The notes under the pieces: generated by a model | Told to the model about the DNA's origin: nothing | Databases searched by the model: none | What the model saw: the letters and a program-made list of their open reading frames with translations, nothing else | Shown here: piece by piece, positions 10,885-20,920 of the stretch | How the letters are laid out: every line of letters begins with the position of its first letter | How positions within the stretch are numbered: the stretch's first letter is position 1 | Made by a program: the position numbers and the translations under genes | Assembly: GCA_010093745.1 (NCBI GenBank) | Contig: MU005963.1 | Span: 392,217 to 424,068 of the forward strand | Reading direction: 5' to 3' | Source: Piedraia hortae CBS 480.64 | Lineage: Eukaryota | Length of the DNA: 31,852 nucleotides

Positions 10885-12270
10885 TCAGAGGTACTTCTTG
10901 GGAAGGTTGTTCCTCCTTCGTTTGTACAAGACATAGCCGCCAGCAAGCGTGACTTGCACCGCAAGCACGCCCAGCAAAAGCAACCTTACATTAGGCAGGG
11001 CGGCAGTGATCACTGTTTCAAGCATTAGCCACTGCATAAGCCACAGATGTGCAAAGAAAAACCTACCATCTTTCAAGGTGCCAGGAAGATGTTCGGCGAT
11101 GCCGCCTTTGATGCCCTCCACGGCCGAGCGAAGGTCATTAATACTCTTGCCGTAGTCCTTGGTCTGTCCGATATCCCGCTGGATCTGCGATAGCGTCCTT
11201 TCAAGCCCCTCCAGACGTCTGCGCAGGTCACCGAGCGCATCCGGAAGCCCGTCAGGCATCTTGTTTCCACCAGTCTGAGCAGCGCTGCCCTGTGCCGCTA
11301 CAGCCTGTATCACTTTTTCGTGCTTGTCGTCGACTTTCCTGCCCAGAATGGATATCTCTAGCAGCGCGTTGGCAACTTGGTGCGACAGGCCTTGGATGCG
11401 GTTGTGGAGATCGGTGAACTGCGCAGTGGCGCCAACGATGCCTTCGGCGTTGGAATCGGCAAGTGCCTGGGGACTGCCGGGGAAAGAATCGATTTTGGCA
11501 TTATTTCCGCCCGTGATGGGTTGCTGCTGCTGTTGATGAGGGCTCTGACCGCCACTTCCGACGGTCGCAATGAACGCGTTCATCTCAAACGAGTCCGGGT
11601 TCTCACCCGTGGCAGCCGTGATGCCAAACGTATAGCCCTCTGGCAATGCGACCTTTTCCGTCTTGAAGCATTCTCTCCCATCGATAAACACGGCGAAGCC
11701 GGTGGTCCCTCCATGCTCGATGCGTAATTTACTCTGCCGCCCGAGGTTGCGATAAGAATAATCGCAGTGGCCGAACGCCAAGCTCTCGGGGTTGCTGTGC
11801 TTGTTGAAGTTGACAGTCCCGTCGTTGAGGAAGCCCCGAATCTTTCCTCCACTGCCGCCGTAGGGATCCATGACCAGCACTAACCCATCAAATTGCTCGA
11901 CCGTGTACGCGCTATTGGAGCCCACTGAGTTTTTGTCCTTGACATACCACAGGTTCAGGTTGCCGGTGCCCTGCTCCTGGCCAGAGGCGCGGAAAGACAG
12001 TTCAATGGACCATTGAGGGCTGCTGAGAGGCACATTGGCCCACATAGACCCACGTGTGTTACCGGGCACGGGAGGTGTGAGGATTATTCGGTCACTAAGA
12101 ATCTGCGGGATGTGGTTCTGTCCGCCAAATGTCCATCCCGGCACCTGGTAGGCACCACGGTTTCCCGGAAAGGGTATCCGATGACCGAACGACACTTCGT
12201 CTACGGTGCGCTGGGCCGAAGTGAGTGTCAGCAGCCACAGGAGCGGCAGTACAATCAACGACGAGCGCAT
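10885..12270 (-). CDS. L-type lectin cargo receptor (Emp46/Emp47, ERGIC-53/VIP36-like)
   Basis: Signal peptide, lectin domain (DRIILTPP, GNLNLWY, FDGLVLVMD, FGITAAT, DSFE), coiled coil, TM helix, cytosolic tail ending KKYL. Predicted 54-nt intron 11066-11013 (GTAGGT..GCTAAT..CAG). Confidence 0.9.
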   Translation of the reverse strand: MRSSLIVLPLLWLLTLTSAQRTVDEVSFGHRIPFPGNRGAYQVPGWTFGGQNHIPQILSDRIILTPPVPGNTRGSMWANVPLSSPQWSIELSFRASGQEQGTGNLNLWYVKDKNSVGSNSAYTVEQFDGLVLVMDPYGGSGGKIRGFLNDGTVNFNKHSNPESLAFGHCDYSYRNLGRQSKLRIEHGGTTGFAVFIDGRECFKTEKVALPEGYTFGITAATGENPDSFEMNAFIATVGSGGQSPHQQQQQPITGGNNAKIDSFPGSPQALADSNAEGIVGATAQFTDLHNRIQGLSHQVANALLEISILGRKVDDKHEKVIQAVAAQGSAAQTGGNKMPDGLPDALGDLRRRLEGLERTLSQIQRDIGQTKDYGKSINDLRSAVEGIKGGIAEHLPGTLKDGRFFFAHLWLMQWLMLETVITAALPNVRLLLLGVLAVQVTLAGGYVLYKRRRNNLPKKYL

Positions 12271-12403
12271 GACGATACCCGATCGTCGGTGGAAGGCCGT
12301 TGGAGAAGGGGATCAGGGTCGCGAGAGGTCAAACGTTTCAAACGTCCAACCCCGGAATCGCTAGCTGTCAGTTATGTAATTACACGTAATGAGTTACACG
12401 CTT

Positions 12404-13462
12404 TTACTTCCGCTCTTGTCCTGTTTGGCTGATGTTCAGACCCAGGCCTTGGGTGTCGAGGTAGACGCGGTTGTTGCTCTTTTCCAGAATCGACGCAATA
12501 TTCTTAGCGTTCTCCATCTCTCGCAGTTCAACGTACGATCGGCTCTTCTTGATAGCGTCCCCAATCAGCTCGGCAGAACGAGCCTCACCCTGGGCTCGGA
12601 CAATGTTCGCTTGCTTCTCCTGCCGCGCTTTGTCTACGACAAATGCCGCACGTTGCGCCTCTTGCTGAGCAACCTGCTTTGCCTCGACGGCAGCAGTGAA
12701 TTCTGGCGAGAAGGATAGTTGCTGGAAACGTTAGCGAGGCCCAGAAATAGAAGTATCTTACTTACCGTCAAGGAAACATCGTCCACCATGATATTGAATC
12801 GTGCCGCACGCTTCACCAGGTTGTCACGTACCAGTCGCGACACGCTCTCACGTTGCGTAATCAACTGGCTAGCATTGAACTGGGCTACAACGCTCTTCAG
12901 GACCTCATTGACAATGCTCGGCAGCACTCTCTCATCGTAGTCCCGACCGAGAGTGCGGTAAATTTGCGGCAGTGCATCGACGCGCGGCCGCGACAGAACA
13001 CGACAGGTGATGTTGACCATCTGCAGGTCCTTAGTCCCCGTCAAAGAGGGAATGCTGCGCGGCTTGGCCCGGACATCGTAATCGATTGGCGTTTCGAACC
13101 ACGGAATGCGGATGTGCGTGCCTTCGTTATAGATCTCTTTTCCAACGCCACTTATTCGAGTGTATTTGATCGCACGATGACCACCATCCACTGCAACTTC
13201 GTCAGTCCTGGCCCATAGGCCTCATTGTTGGGAGTCTCGTACCGTTGAAGAGGGCATTGTTGAAGAGATAGACTCCGCCAATGAGTAGTCCAAGTCCCAA
13301 AGCTCCGGAGAGAGCGCCTTTAGGTCCTCCACCGCCGCCGCCGAACCTATGCCATGTCAGCCACGCGTCGCTCGCTCGGGACCATACCTGCCTCTGGCCC
13401 TGCTGCTGCATGCGTTGTATATTTTTCTGGAACGCTGCCCATGCTTCCCGTGGGTCGCTCAT
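12404..13462 (-). CDS. PHB2: Prohibitin-2 (SPFH domain)
   Basis: Exons 13462-13392, 13346-13243, 13190-12766, 12721-12404 give 918 nt = 305 aa: [51 protein letters not shown]. The first intron needs a GC donor to keep frame. Confidence 0.95.
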
Positions 13463-13572
13463 TTTTGGCGACAGTAGGACGTTTACCGGTGAGTAACTGT
13501 CAACGAATCGCGGCGAAACTTTACGGTTATTTACGCTTTACCCGCGGCACTTCCGCAGTACGTGACCACCAT

Positions 13573-15318
13573 CTAACTACCCACCAACTTCAGCCCGTAC
13601 CCCGGCTTGAACCATTCTCTAATCACATCGTCAAACACCGTACTCGCCAATGTTTTTGCCTCTGCTGTAGACTTGCCCCTGGCCTCGAGGTATATCTTGA
13701 TCTTTGGCTCTGTGCCGGAGCTCCTGACGGTGAAAACGACATCTTCCAGCTCACACGTAATCATCTGCGTCGCAGGGTCGGTTGGTAGGTCCGGTCTTCC
13801 GTCTGCAATGGAACTATCGTATCCCACCGTGAGATCTCTCCAACGCAAGATTTCCCTCTTCCCTATCTGTCTCGACCTCTCCTTGCGAATCTGGCCAAAA
13901 ACCGTCTCTGTTACGTCCTTGGATGGGGTAATCAAGTACGTATTAACATCCTCAAAGTAGCCATACGTCTTGTACAGTTCTTGCAATTTTCCCCAAGGTG
14001 TCAAGCCCTGGTTTCTTTGCCAGAATTGCCGTGCGCTCAAAAACATAGCAGCGGCTGCAATGCCGTCTTTATCCCACACCACAGAAGGAAACATGTAGCC
14101 AATGGCTTCTTCGTACGCAAAGCCGACAGTATATCCCTCCTCTGCCAAGTCCTGAGCCGCGTTGCCGAGCCACTTGAATCCTGTGAGTGTTTCTTTGAAG
14201 AAAAATCCTTCCTTGGCTGCCATGGCAGCAAGCATGCGAGAAGAGACGGTAGATGCGAGCATGGCTAGCTTATCATACTTGTCTGGATAAATCTCAAGGA
14301 CGTATGAAGCAAGTAAAACACCCATCTGGTTGCCCGTGAATTGACGCCAAGTCCCATCCCCAAGCTGTTCAGCGGCTGCGAAACGGTCTGCGTCAGGATC
14401 GTTGGCAATAACAATACGTGATCCGCACTTTGATGCTGCGGCAAATGCCTGATCCAATGCTCCTTTTTCTTCGGGGTTGGGAAAAGGGACCGTGGGAAAA
14501 TTTGCGTCTGGCTTCGCTTGGGATTGCACAACATTGACCACTTGATTAGGAATTCCCAAGAGTGTCGTGATACGGAGCATGAACGGCAGGCCCACGCCGT
14601 GCATTGGCGTATATGTAAAACCCTCCCATTCGCCCTTGGATGGGGAAGAGACAAGCTGGCAGACTGCGGCTTCATACCCCTTGATTGCATCGGAATCGAT
14701 TCTCTTCACATTGTCATTTGTATCGACCAGAGTGTCGTCCCAACATTTGACCTCCCCAACCTTTGCAATCTCGTCACTGATTTCACTATCTCTGGGAGAA
14801 AGAATCTGGCACCCGTTCCCCCAGTAGACTTTGTATCCATTATCATTCTTTGGGTTGTGGCTCGCAGTCACCATGACGCCCGCCGCAGCACCGAACTGTC
14901 TTACGCTGAACGTTACGAGGGGCGTGTGGATGAGGTCTTCAAACCACAACACAGTGAAGCCATTGGTAAGAAAAGCTGTGGCGGCGAGTCGAGCAAAGCG
15001 CTCCGAGTTATGTCTTGCATCGTGACCAATGACAACTGCATTGGACTGGAGATTCTGTTTTAACAGATAGCTTGCCAGCCCCTGTGAGGCTTGCAGCACC
15101 GTATAACTGTTCATGTGTGCAAACCCGGCCTTCATGTTGCTCCTGAGACCGGCAGTGCCAAACGTGATGCGCTCACTCAAGCGGGAGCGCAGCTCTGATG
15201 CATTATTGCTGTTCAGGAGGTTGGTTATCTCAGCACGGGTTGAGGCATCTCTGTCCACAGCAAGCCAGTTTTTGACGAGGTTTTTCAAGGTGTTTGACGA
15301 TTCCATTTCGTTGTCCAT
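13573..15318 (-). CDS. Phosphoglucomutase/phosphoribomutase (alpha-D-phosphohexomutase, PGM2/Prm15 type)
   Basis: Intronless 581 aa with FGTAGLR, catalytic TASHNP, metal loop DPDADR, TGFKW, YEEAIG, RSSGTEPKIK. Confidence 0.93.
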   Translation of the reverse strand: MDNEMESSNTLKNLVKNWLAVDRDASTRAEITNLLNSNNASELRSRLSERITFGTAGLRSNMKAGFAHMNSYTVLQASQGLASYLLKQNLQSNAVVIGHDARHNSERFARLAATAFLTNGFTVLWFEDLIHTPLVTFSVRQFGAAAGVMVTASHNPKNDNGYKVYWGNGCQILSPRDSEISDEIAKVGEVKCWDDTLVDTNDNVKRIDSDAIKGYEAAVCQLVSSPSKGEWEGFTYTPMHGVGLPFMLRITTLLGIPNQVVNVVQSQAKPDANFPTVPFPNPEEKGALDQAFAAASKCGSRIVIANDPDADRFAAAEQLGDGTWRQFTGNQMGVLLASYVLEIYPDKYDKLAMLASTVSSRMLAAMAAKEGFFFKETLTGFKWLGNAAQDLAEEGYTVGFAYEEAIGYMFPSVVWDKDGIAAAAMFLSARQFWQRNQGLTPWGKLQELYKTYGYFEDVNTYLITPSKDVTETVFGQIRKERSRQIGKREILRWRDLTVGYDSSIADGRPDLPTDPATQMITCELEDVVFTVRSSGTEPKIKIYLEARGKSTAEAKTLASTVFDDVIREWFKPGYGLKLVGS

Positions 15319-15559
15319 TGTTGGGACCCTTTATTATTTCGGTGTTTCTGGACGTGTCCATGTAGTCGGCAAGGTTGTACTCCGTGGTTGCCTGATTTCT
15401 GCTGAAAACACGTGAGATGGAAGATTGTCAATTGATCTTCTATCTGACTACCCACTGCAACAAAACTCACGTGAATATTAGGGTATCATCTTAAGTCAAA
15501 CAAAACACAGCAAACGCTCCCTTGATGGGATAAAAACTCCTCACGGGAAAATGTCATGG

Positions 15560-17341
15560 TCACGGTGGCTCGTCCGTAAAATTTCCGCCAGGCAATCCAC
15601 CTTCTTCAGCCATTTGTTCGTAGTATTCTGACGGCAAAGGTACAGGCGGATTGTCGCCGGCTTGGCTCATGAGGTTACATTGCCCGTGCAGCAAGCATAT
15701 CTGTTTGCGTCCCAGGCGCTTGAATTTGGGCCCCGTTGGTCCATTTACGTAATGGTATTGCCCGGCAAAACGGTATTGACGATCATCCGAGAGACGGTAG
15801 TATTTGTCGCCCCAGTGCCCGTTGAAGTCTAGCCAACTGACCGGCGCCCTTGGATTTGTCGATGCAGTCTTGAAGCTCTTAGTCGTGGTGTTATAGTGAA
15901 AGGCTTTGAAATTGCGAGCGGGATCCCACAGCGGTCCACGATCGGTCTGATCATGGAGCAGGCCAAATGGCAGTACGAACGGATGCAGTCCAGCGTTAGG
16001 ATACATTGCATGTGACCCTGTAGCTGAGTAGACTACAGGTCGTTTTGCCGCTTTGTGCGCGGTTGCATTGCTCCACGTTCCCAGCATGATTGAACTGCCA
16101 TCGGGATTCGGAAGATATCTCTCAAGCGCCTGCCATTCGTACGCAGCGCCGAAATTGTGTTCTGATAAGAAAACCCCCACTGGCTTGCCATCCTGGAATC
16201 TGATCATCGTGTGTTCCCAATCACCAACATGGTTGCCAAACCGGATTCTGAATACCTTCAAGCCGAGATTGTAAGAATAGAAAAAGAACCAAAATGCATC
16301 CACCGTGCCATTGCCCTTGTCGACAACGACTAAAATTGCAGGCGCACGGGATTTTCCAAGCTCATGGGAGTGTTCAGTTGAGAGGTCGCGCCCATGCATC
16401 CGACGACGTAGATCCAACTTGGGCCCTAAAGGCGGATAGTTTGGGTCTATACAGTCACCATGGATTGGGTTACAAGCTTGGCCACAATGCTGCTCGCCTT
16501 TCCCACACCAGCCATGCATCGAACAACAGTTTCCGAATCTGCTGCCCTTGCAGGTAAAGCCGGTGTTGCCCCCACATGTACCATCTGGAGAAGGAATGGT
16601 GTCTTGGAGAAACCCTGATGTTTGTTCAGCTTCGGCGGACAAGGCCGGCTTGTCCACTTCGTTGGGTTTGTTAGGGCCTGTGGGCCAAAGAGTTGCCTGA
16701 ACATTCTTCTGGGCCCTGGGAATGTTGGGGATATTGTGCGTGCTCGTCAGCCACTGCGGGTCATTTTCAACGTTGTCCTTGCTATGCAGGTACACGAACC
16801 GGCCGTGTTGACCATCTGTACGGATGTTGAATTCATTCAATTCGGTAAAGTTCAGATTGTCTGGCAAGTCTTGAATCTCGTGATAGTTCAGATGCGGCGA
16901 AGTGTGCATCAGATGCTCGGCAACATCGCTGGGCCAGAACTTTTCGCCCGAAAACAGATGAACATACGGCGCATGGTCCAGTATATACTGCGGAATGTAC
17001 CGAGATCTCGTCTCCTCTCCTGACCATGTTGCAGGATCATCGTCGCCAGAATCCCAGAAATCGACATTTTCGGGCAGCGATGCCTGTAAGAATCCCATGA
17101 CGCCCTTGACGTTATGCCACGTCCAAGCGTAGCGGTTCAAGTGCATGGTTCCGCACAGACTAAACCATCGGCACAGTTGGCGGTCAAGCCAATGCTTGCT
17201 TGTGTTGATCCAAGCTGCATTTTCGATATCCTCGGTTGAAGTTCTACTTCCACCAAGATGGACGCAGAGGCCCGAGATGATTAGATAGACGATGGCTGCC
17301 GCACAAAAGCCAAAAAACCATCCTCGTCCGAGCCAGCGCAT
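15560..17341 (-). CDS. VPS62: Vps62-family protein with N-terminal membrane anchor and inserted chitin-binding hevein (CBM18) module
   Basis: 593 aa with IPQYILDHAPYVHL..EKFWP, VDAFWFFFYSYNLG, FGNHVGDWEH, RPVVYSATGSHAMY, WGDKYY, GPTGP. Eight-Cys module at about 16451-16590. Confidence 0.88.
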   Translation of the reverse strand: MRWLGRGWFFGFCAAAIVYLIISGLCVHLGGSRTSTEDIENAAWINTSKHWLDRQLCRWFSLCGTMHLNRYAWTWHNVKGVMGFLQASLPENVDFWDSGDDDPATWSGEETRSRYIPQYILDHAPYVHLFSGEKFWPSDVAEHLMHTSPHLNYHEIQDLPDNLNFTELNEFNIRTDGQHGRFVYLHSKDNVENDPQWLTSTHNIPNIPRAQKNVQATLWPTGPNKPNEVDKPALSAEAEQTSGFLQDTIPSPDGTCGGNTGFTCKGSRFGNCCSMHGWCGKGEQHCGQACNPIHGDCIDPNYPPLGPKLDLRRRMHGRDLSTEHSHELGKSRAPAILVVVDKGNGTVDAFWFFFYSYNLGLKVFRIRFGNHVGDWEHTMIRFQDGKPVGVFLSEHNFGAAYEWQALERYLPNPDGSSIMLGTWSNATAHKAAKRPVVYSATGSHAMYPNAGLHPFVLPFGLLHDQTDRGPLWDPARNFKAFHYNTTTKSFKTASTNPRAPVSWLDFNGHWGDKYYRLSDDRQYRFAGQYHYVNGPTGPKFKRLGRKQICLLHGQCNLMSQAGDNPPVPLPSEYYEQMAEEGGLPGGNFTDEPP

Positions 17342-18011
17342 GTGCGTCGAGTATTAGTGCAAAGAACCTGGGTATGACGTGCTTTGTATGCAGCTTTGAC
17401 AGCAGTCCAACTACCGTATCATAGGGTTTCACAACGAATAACGATTGCGTTTGACAAGGGATATGAAGGCGCAGAGTGGAAACATGGGCGGAGGATTTAT
17501 TTGTTATGGTCGAAACAATTGAAGCAACCAGTCCGGCTAGATGGCACAGCACCGATCTGTTATATGCACTATCTTAGAGCAATACAAGGCTGTTAGCCTA
17601 CCGAGCGGGACGTGCACAGTGTCTACTTCTCTGATTGGTGGAGTTTGCGGGGAGCAGCGATGCCGGCATGTGAATTTTCACTTTAGCTCACCGCCCTACG
17701 ATACTCGCTCCTACATACTGCACGTTGTCACCTTCGCATTCAAGCCACTGAAATGGCCCTGTTTTGAAGCATACCACATGCACGAGTTGGATGTCGTTTT
17801 GAACTCAATAGTTTCCATATATAGATGTACGCTACCGCAGCACACCCGATTGTTGGTGCCGGTTGGGTTGTATGACGCATCACATTCATTAGACTACGGG
17901 AGGCTGATACTTGTCTGAAATGGTTGGCGTGACGGCGCGGCGCGGCCCACCAACGCTTGGCTTGGCACACACACGCACATGACTCGGGAAAGCATAGGGA
18001 AAACCCTAACC

Positions 18012-18665
18012 ATGACTGAACAGAGGGAATGGGAGTACGAATACGAATATCATGAAGGGGAGACAGAAGATATCTACTTCACGTTGGACCTCAGCACACA
18101 TGTCGACAAGAGCACCAAAGCCCCGTCGACTTTTACCAGGCAATCCCGGAACAGGACTAAAAGGAAACGTGACAAGGTGCAAGAATCTGCAGAGGCTAGC
18201 GCAAGAGCCGATTCAACGGACACAGGCCCCAGCCAACTGCAGATCCTGGGACTCCACACGACCAGCCCGGTGGTCCAATGCGACAACCAGTGCTTTGAGT
18301 GTGAGTGGTATACCGACTTTGGCGCCCAAGTCTACATCTCTGAGCCCGGCATTGTGGAGCCCGTTCTGCAAAAAGGGCGTTGTATCGATGTAGTTGGCGT
18401 GTCTCGGCTAAGGCTCGTTGGCAAGCCGGTCGAGGTGGCAATGTCCGGACCCAAGCCGAAAAAAGCGAAAAAGGCAATGGTCGAGCACCAACGCGTGCAC
18501 CTAGGAATCATAGCCGAGAGCTCCGACGACGAAGAACCCGAGCCACCTCTTGGCGAGCGGGCCCAGGAACATGCTTCTTTCATGGAGAACTTGGTGGCAG
18601 AACAAACAAGCTCTGCGCAAACACACAGCTCGTTCTTATCCCGCCTGCAGACAATAAGTAGATAA
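18012..18665 (+). CDS. TFIIIC triple-barrel domain protein (Sfc7/TFIIIC35-like), tentative
   Basis: Acidic N-terminus WEYEY..ETEDIYFTLDLS and LQILGLHTTSPVVQCDNQCFECEW..FG fit the TFIIIC subunit-6 pattern. Alternative ATG at 17979; C-terminus uncertain. Confidence 0.65.
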   Translation: MTEQREWEYEYEYHEGETEDIYFTLDLSTHVDKSTKAPSTFTRQSRNRTKRKRDKVQESAEASARADSTDTGPSQLQILGLHTTSPVVQCDNQCFECEWYTDFGAQVYISEPGIVEPVLQKGRCIDVVGVSRLRLVGKPVEVAMSGPKPKKAKKAMVEHQRVHLGIIAESSDDEEPEPPLGERAQEHASFMENLVAEQTSSAQTHSSFLSRLQTISR

Positions 18666-18874
18666 ACACACTGAGATGATCAAATCCATCTACGCAAACA
18701 TGGGGACTGCTATCCCTCTGATACTGGAAAGTAGCTCTAAAACGAATTTACGCCAACGCCAGATAGGCGCTGCTAATAACATCAGGTCTGCAAATTTTCG
18801 AACCATGAATCCCTGGAAGAATTCGGCGCGATGATCATGGTCATTGCAACCGGCAAAAGTCAACCCTTGCGCTT

Positions 18875-20920
18875 CTAGCTGCTTGGATCGCCTTTGCCTG
18901 CAGTGCCTGGGCCGCCTGCTTTGTTCATCCAGCCGAACCAGCTGCCACGATTCGCCGCTTTCCGTTCTCTTTCCTCCTCGGCTGCTTCTTGCACCAACCT
19001 CAGGGGCCTAGGCTTCGACCCTACCATCACCGCTCCCCCCGCTCGACAGTCCCGATCAGAGCTTGTAGTGCTCCGAGAAGGTGAGGTTTGCCCGCGTAAC
19101 TGGTCATCTCGATCCATGCAAAGTCGGTCAGTGCTGGTACGCATGATGCCGGGCTCAACTGCCGAACTGTGGCGCGCTCGGCCTTCCCGTTGCTCATGGG
19201 CTGGACCTTCAGTCTCAGAGATGGGTGCTACTGATGTTCCAGATGTTCTCCGCGGATCCATTCGGCCCTGTGGCCCGGTGAAGAAGGGATTCTTCGCACC
19301 CTGCCCTGATAGGCCCGGGGAGAGGGGACCGCGAGAACCGGGCGAGTTGCCGCGATATCCCATCTCCGAGTTGGCCCTGCGGTGTCCTGCATTCCTGGAC
19401 GAGTTGGACCTGCCGAGCATCACACGCGGAGCAGTGTCTGGGTTCTCCGTCAGTTTGGCCTGCTCTTCGGCTTTCCACGGGTCCGTCGATCCACCACCGG
19501 CCTGGCCTGTTGCTGGCCGCTTTCGTCCACCCATGACGCTCTTTGCGCGTTGCAATAGCCCTGTAGAGTTGTCGGGCTTGTCGTCAGCCGCCTTTTCGTC
19601 TTTGGGTGGCGGCGGGAGCTCTTTATTGGCATTTGGGGCTGTCTTCTTGCCCGGCATCATCTCCGACGTCTTGTCCAAAATCTGCTCAAACTGGTCCGAC
19701 TGGAGCAAGCGAGAGATGATATTGTTGATGTAGAGTGTCAGAGCCTTGTTCTGGTCCTTTAAGCTGTTAACCTCGGCCTGTAGCTTTCTGACTTGCTCGT
19801 TGCCGTTGGAATCATCGTCGCCACCGTCCACGTCCAATTCGCTGTCGAGCTCATCGGCCAAAGTGGCACCGTTGGCATGTCGGTCCAGCGTCTGGGACGA
19901 TGAGGGGCGGGAGAGGGAGGGCGGACGCAGCATATGGAGATGAGCAATGTCACCGCTCAGCGTCTTCTCGCTGAGCAGCAGCTGGAATGACTCGTTCTCC
20001 TCCATCAGCCGCGCGTTCTGTATTTTGATGTCATACATCTCCTTCTGTAGCGCCAACAGCCGACCGCCACCCAGGTTATCTGCCTCTGTGAGCTTAAGTT
20101 GAGCCTCGGCCAAATCCATCTTGAGCTCCTTGATGATCTCGTCCTTTTGCATCAGCAGCTTCGAATTGTTACGGGAGTCGCTCCGCTGCAGGCCGGCTGC
20201 CGGCGCAAAGTGCGCGGCTGGCCCTTCAGCTACTGGGCTACCGGCGCCGGAGCGGAAGCTGGACGAACGGTTCGGGTTGGGTCGCACTCCGCCATCCTCT
20301 CCCACTGCGTTGCGGAGTCCGCGCTGGGCTGCCGAATCCTGCAAACGTCGCATGGCAGCCTGCAACTCTTCCTCGCGCTGCAGTGCCTCTTCCTTCTGTT
20401 TCATAGCCTGCGCCCGCTCCGTCTCGTAAATCTGTTCCAGTTCCCGCCGCGCCCGCACGCTCTCCTTTCTCTCGAGCTCTAGCTCTTCCAGCTTCTCGCT
20501 CTGCTCGTGCGCGCGTTCCTCGACGTGGGCGAGCTCCTTATTCGCATCGTCCAACTTGTTCTGGAGTCGCGACACCTGTTTCCCAGACGCCTCTGTGGCC
20601 AATTCGGCCTGCTGCAGCTTTTCCTGCAGCTCCTCAAGCTTTGCCTGCATCTCAGCCCGCTGTTCCTCCCACGCGACAGTGTCTGGTTCGGCTGCAGGCT
20701 TCCGCAATGCGCGCGCCGATGCCGGCGTGGAGGCGCGCACGCTCTTCTTCCTGCCAGGTGCTGCGGCTGGTGAGGCTGTGGCCGCCGCACGTGAGGGGCT
20801 GCGGGCGGTTGTGGCCGTGGCAGCCATGCTGTTGGACGCGCTGGTGGAGGCAGTGCTAACGGCGGGCTTCTTCCCAGCCGAAACAGCGGGCTTGCGGGCG
20901 GCTGGAGTAGCTCCGGACAT
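18875..20920 (-). CDS. Fungal long coiled-coil protein of unknown function
   Basis: 681-aa ORF: Ala/Lys-rich N-terminus, extended heptad regions, NARLMEENESFQLLLSEKT, LKDQNKALTLYINNIISRLL, C-terminal RPLRLVQE...NRGSWFGW. Confidence 0.85.
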   Translation of the reverse strand: MSGATPAARKPAVSAGKKPAVSTASTSASNSMAATATTARSPSRAAATASPAAAPGRKKSVRASTPASARALRKPAAEPDTVAWEEQRAEMQAKLEELQEKLQQAELATEASGKQVSRLQNKLDDANKELAHVEERAHEQSEKLEELELERKESVRARRELEQIYETERAQAMKQKEEALQREEELQAAMRRLQDSAAQRGLRNAVGEDGGVRPNPNRSSSFRSGAGSPVAEGPAAHFAPAAGLQRSDSRNNSKLLMQKDEIIKELKMDLAEAQLKLTEADNLGGGRLLALQKEMYDIKIQNARLMEENESFQLLLSEKTLSGDIAHLHMLRPPSLSRPSSSQTLDRHANGATLADELDSELDVDGGDDDSNGNEQVRKLQAEVNSLKDQNKALTLYINNIISRLLQSDQFEQILDKTSEMMPGKKTAPNANKELPPPPKDEKAADDKPDNSTGLLQRAKSVMGGRKRPATGQAGGGSTDPWKAEEQAKLTENPDTAPRVMLGRSNSSRNAGHRRANSEMGYRGNSPGSRGPLSPGLSGQGAKNPFFTGPQGRMDPRRTSGTSVAPISETEGPAHEQREGRARHSSAVEPGIMRTSTDRLCMDRDDQLRGQTSPSRSTTSSDRDCRAGGAVMVGSKPRPLRLVQEAAEEERERKAANRGSWFGWMNKAGGPGTAGKGDPSS

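Noticed and set aside
18001..18010. AAACCCTAAC telomere-like word
   Set aside because: Single occurrence adjacent to a start codon, with no telomerase RNA context or array.
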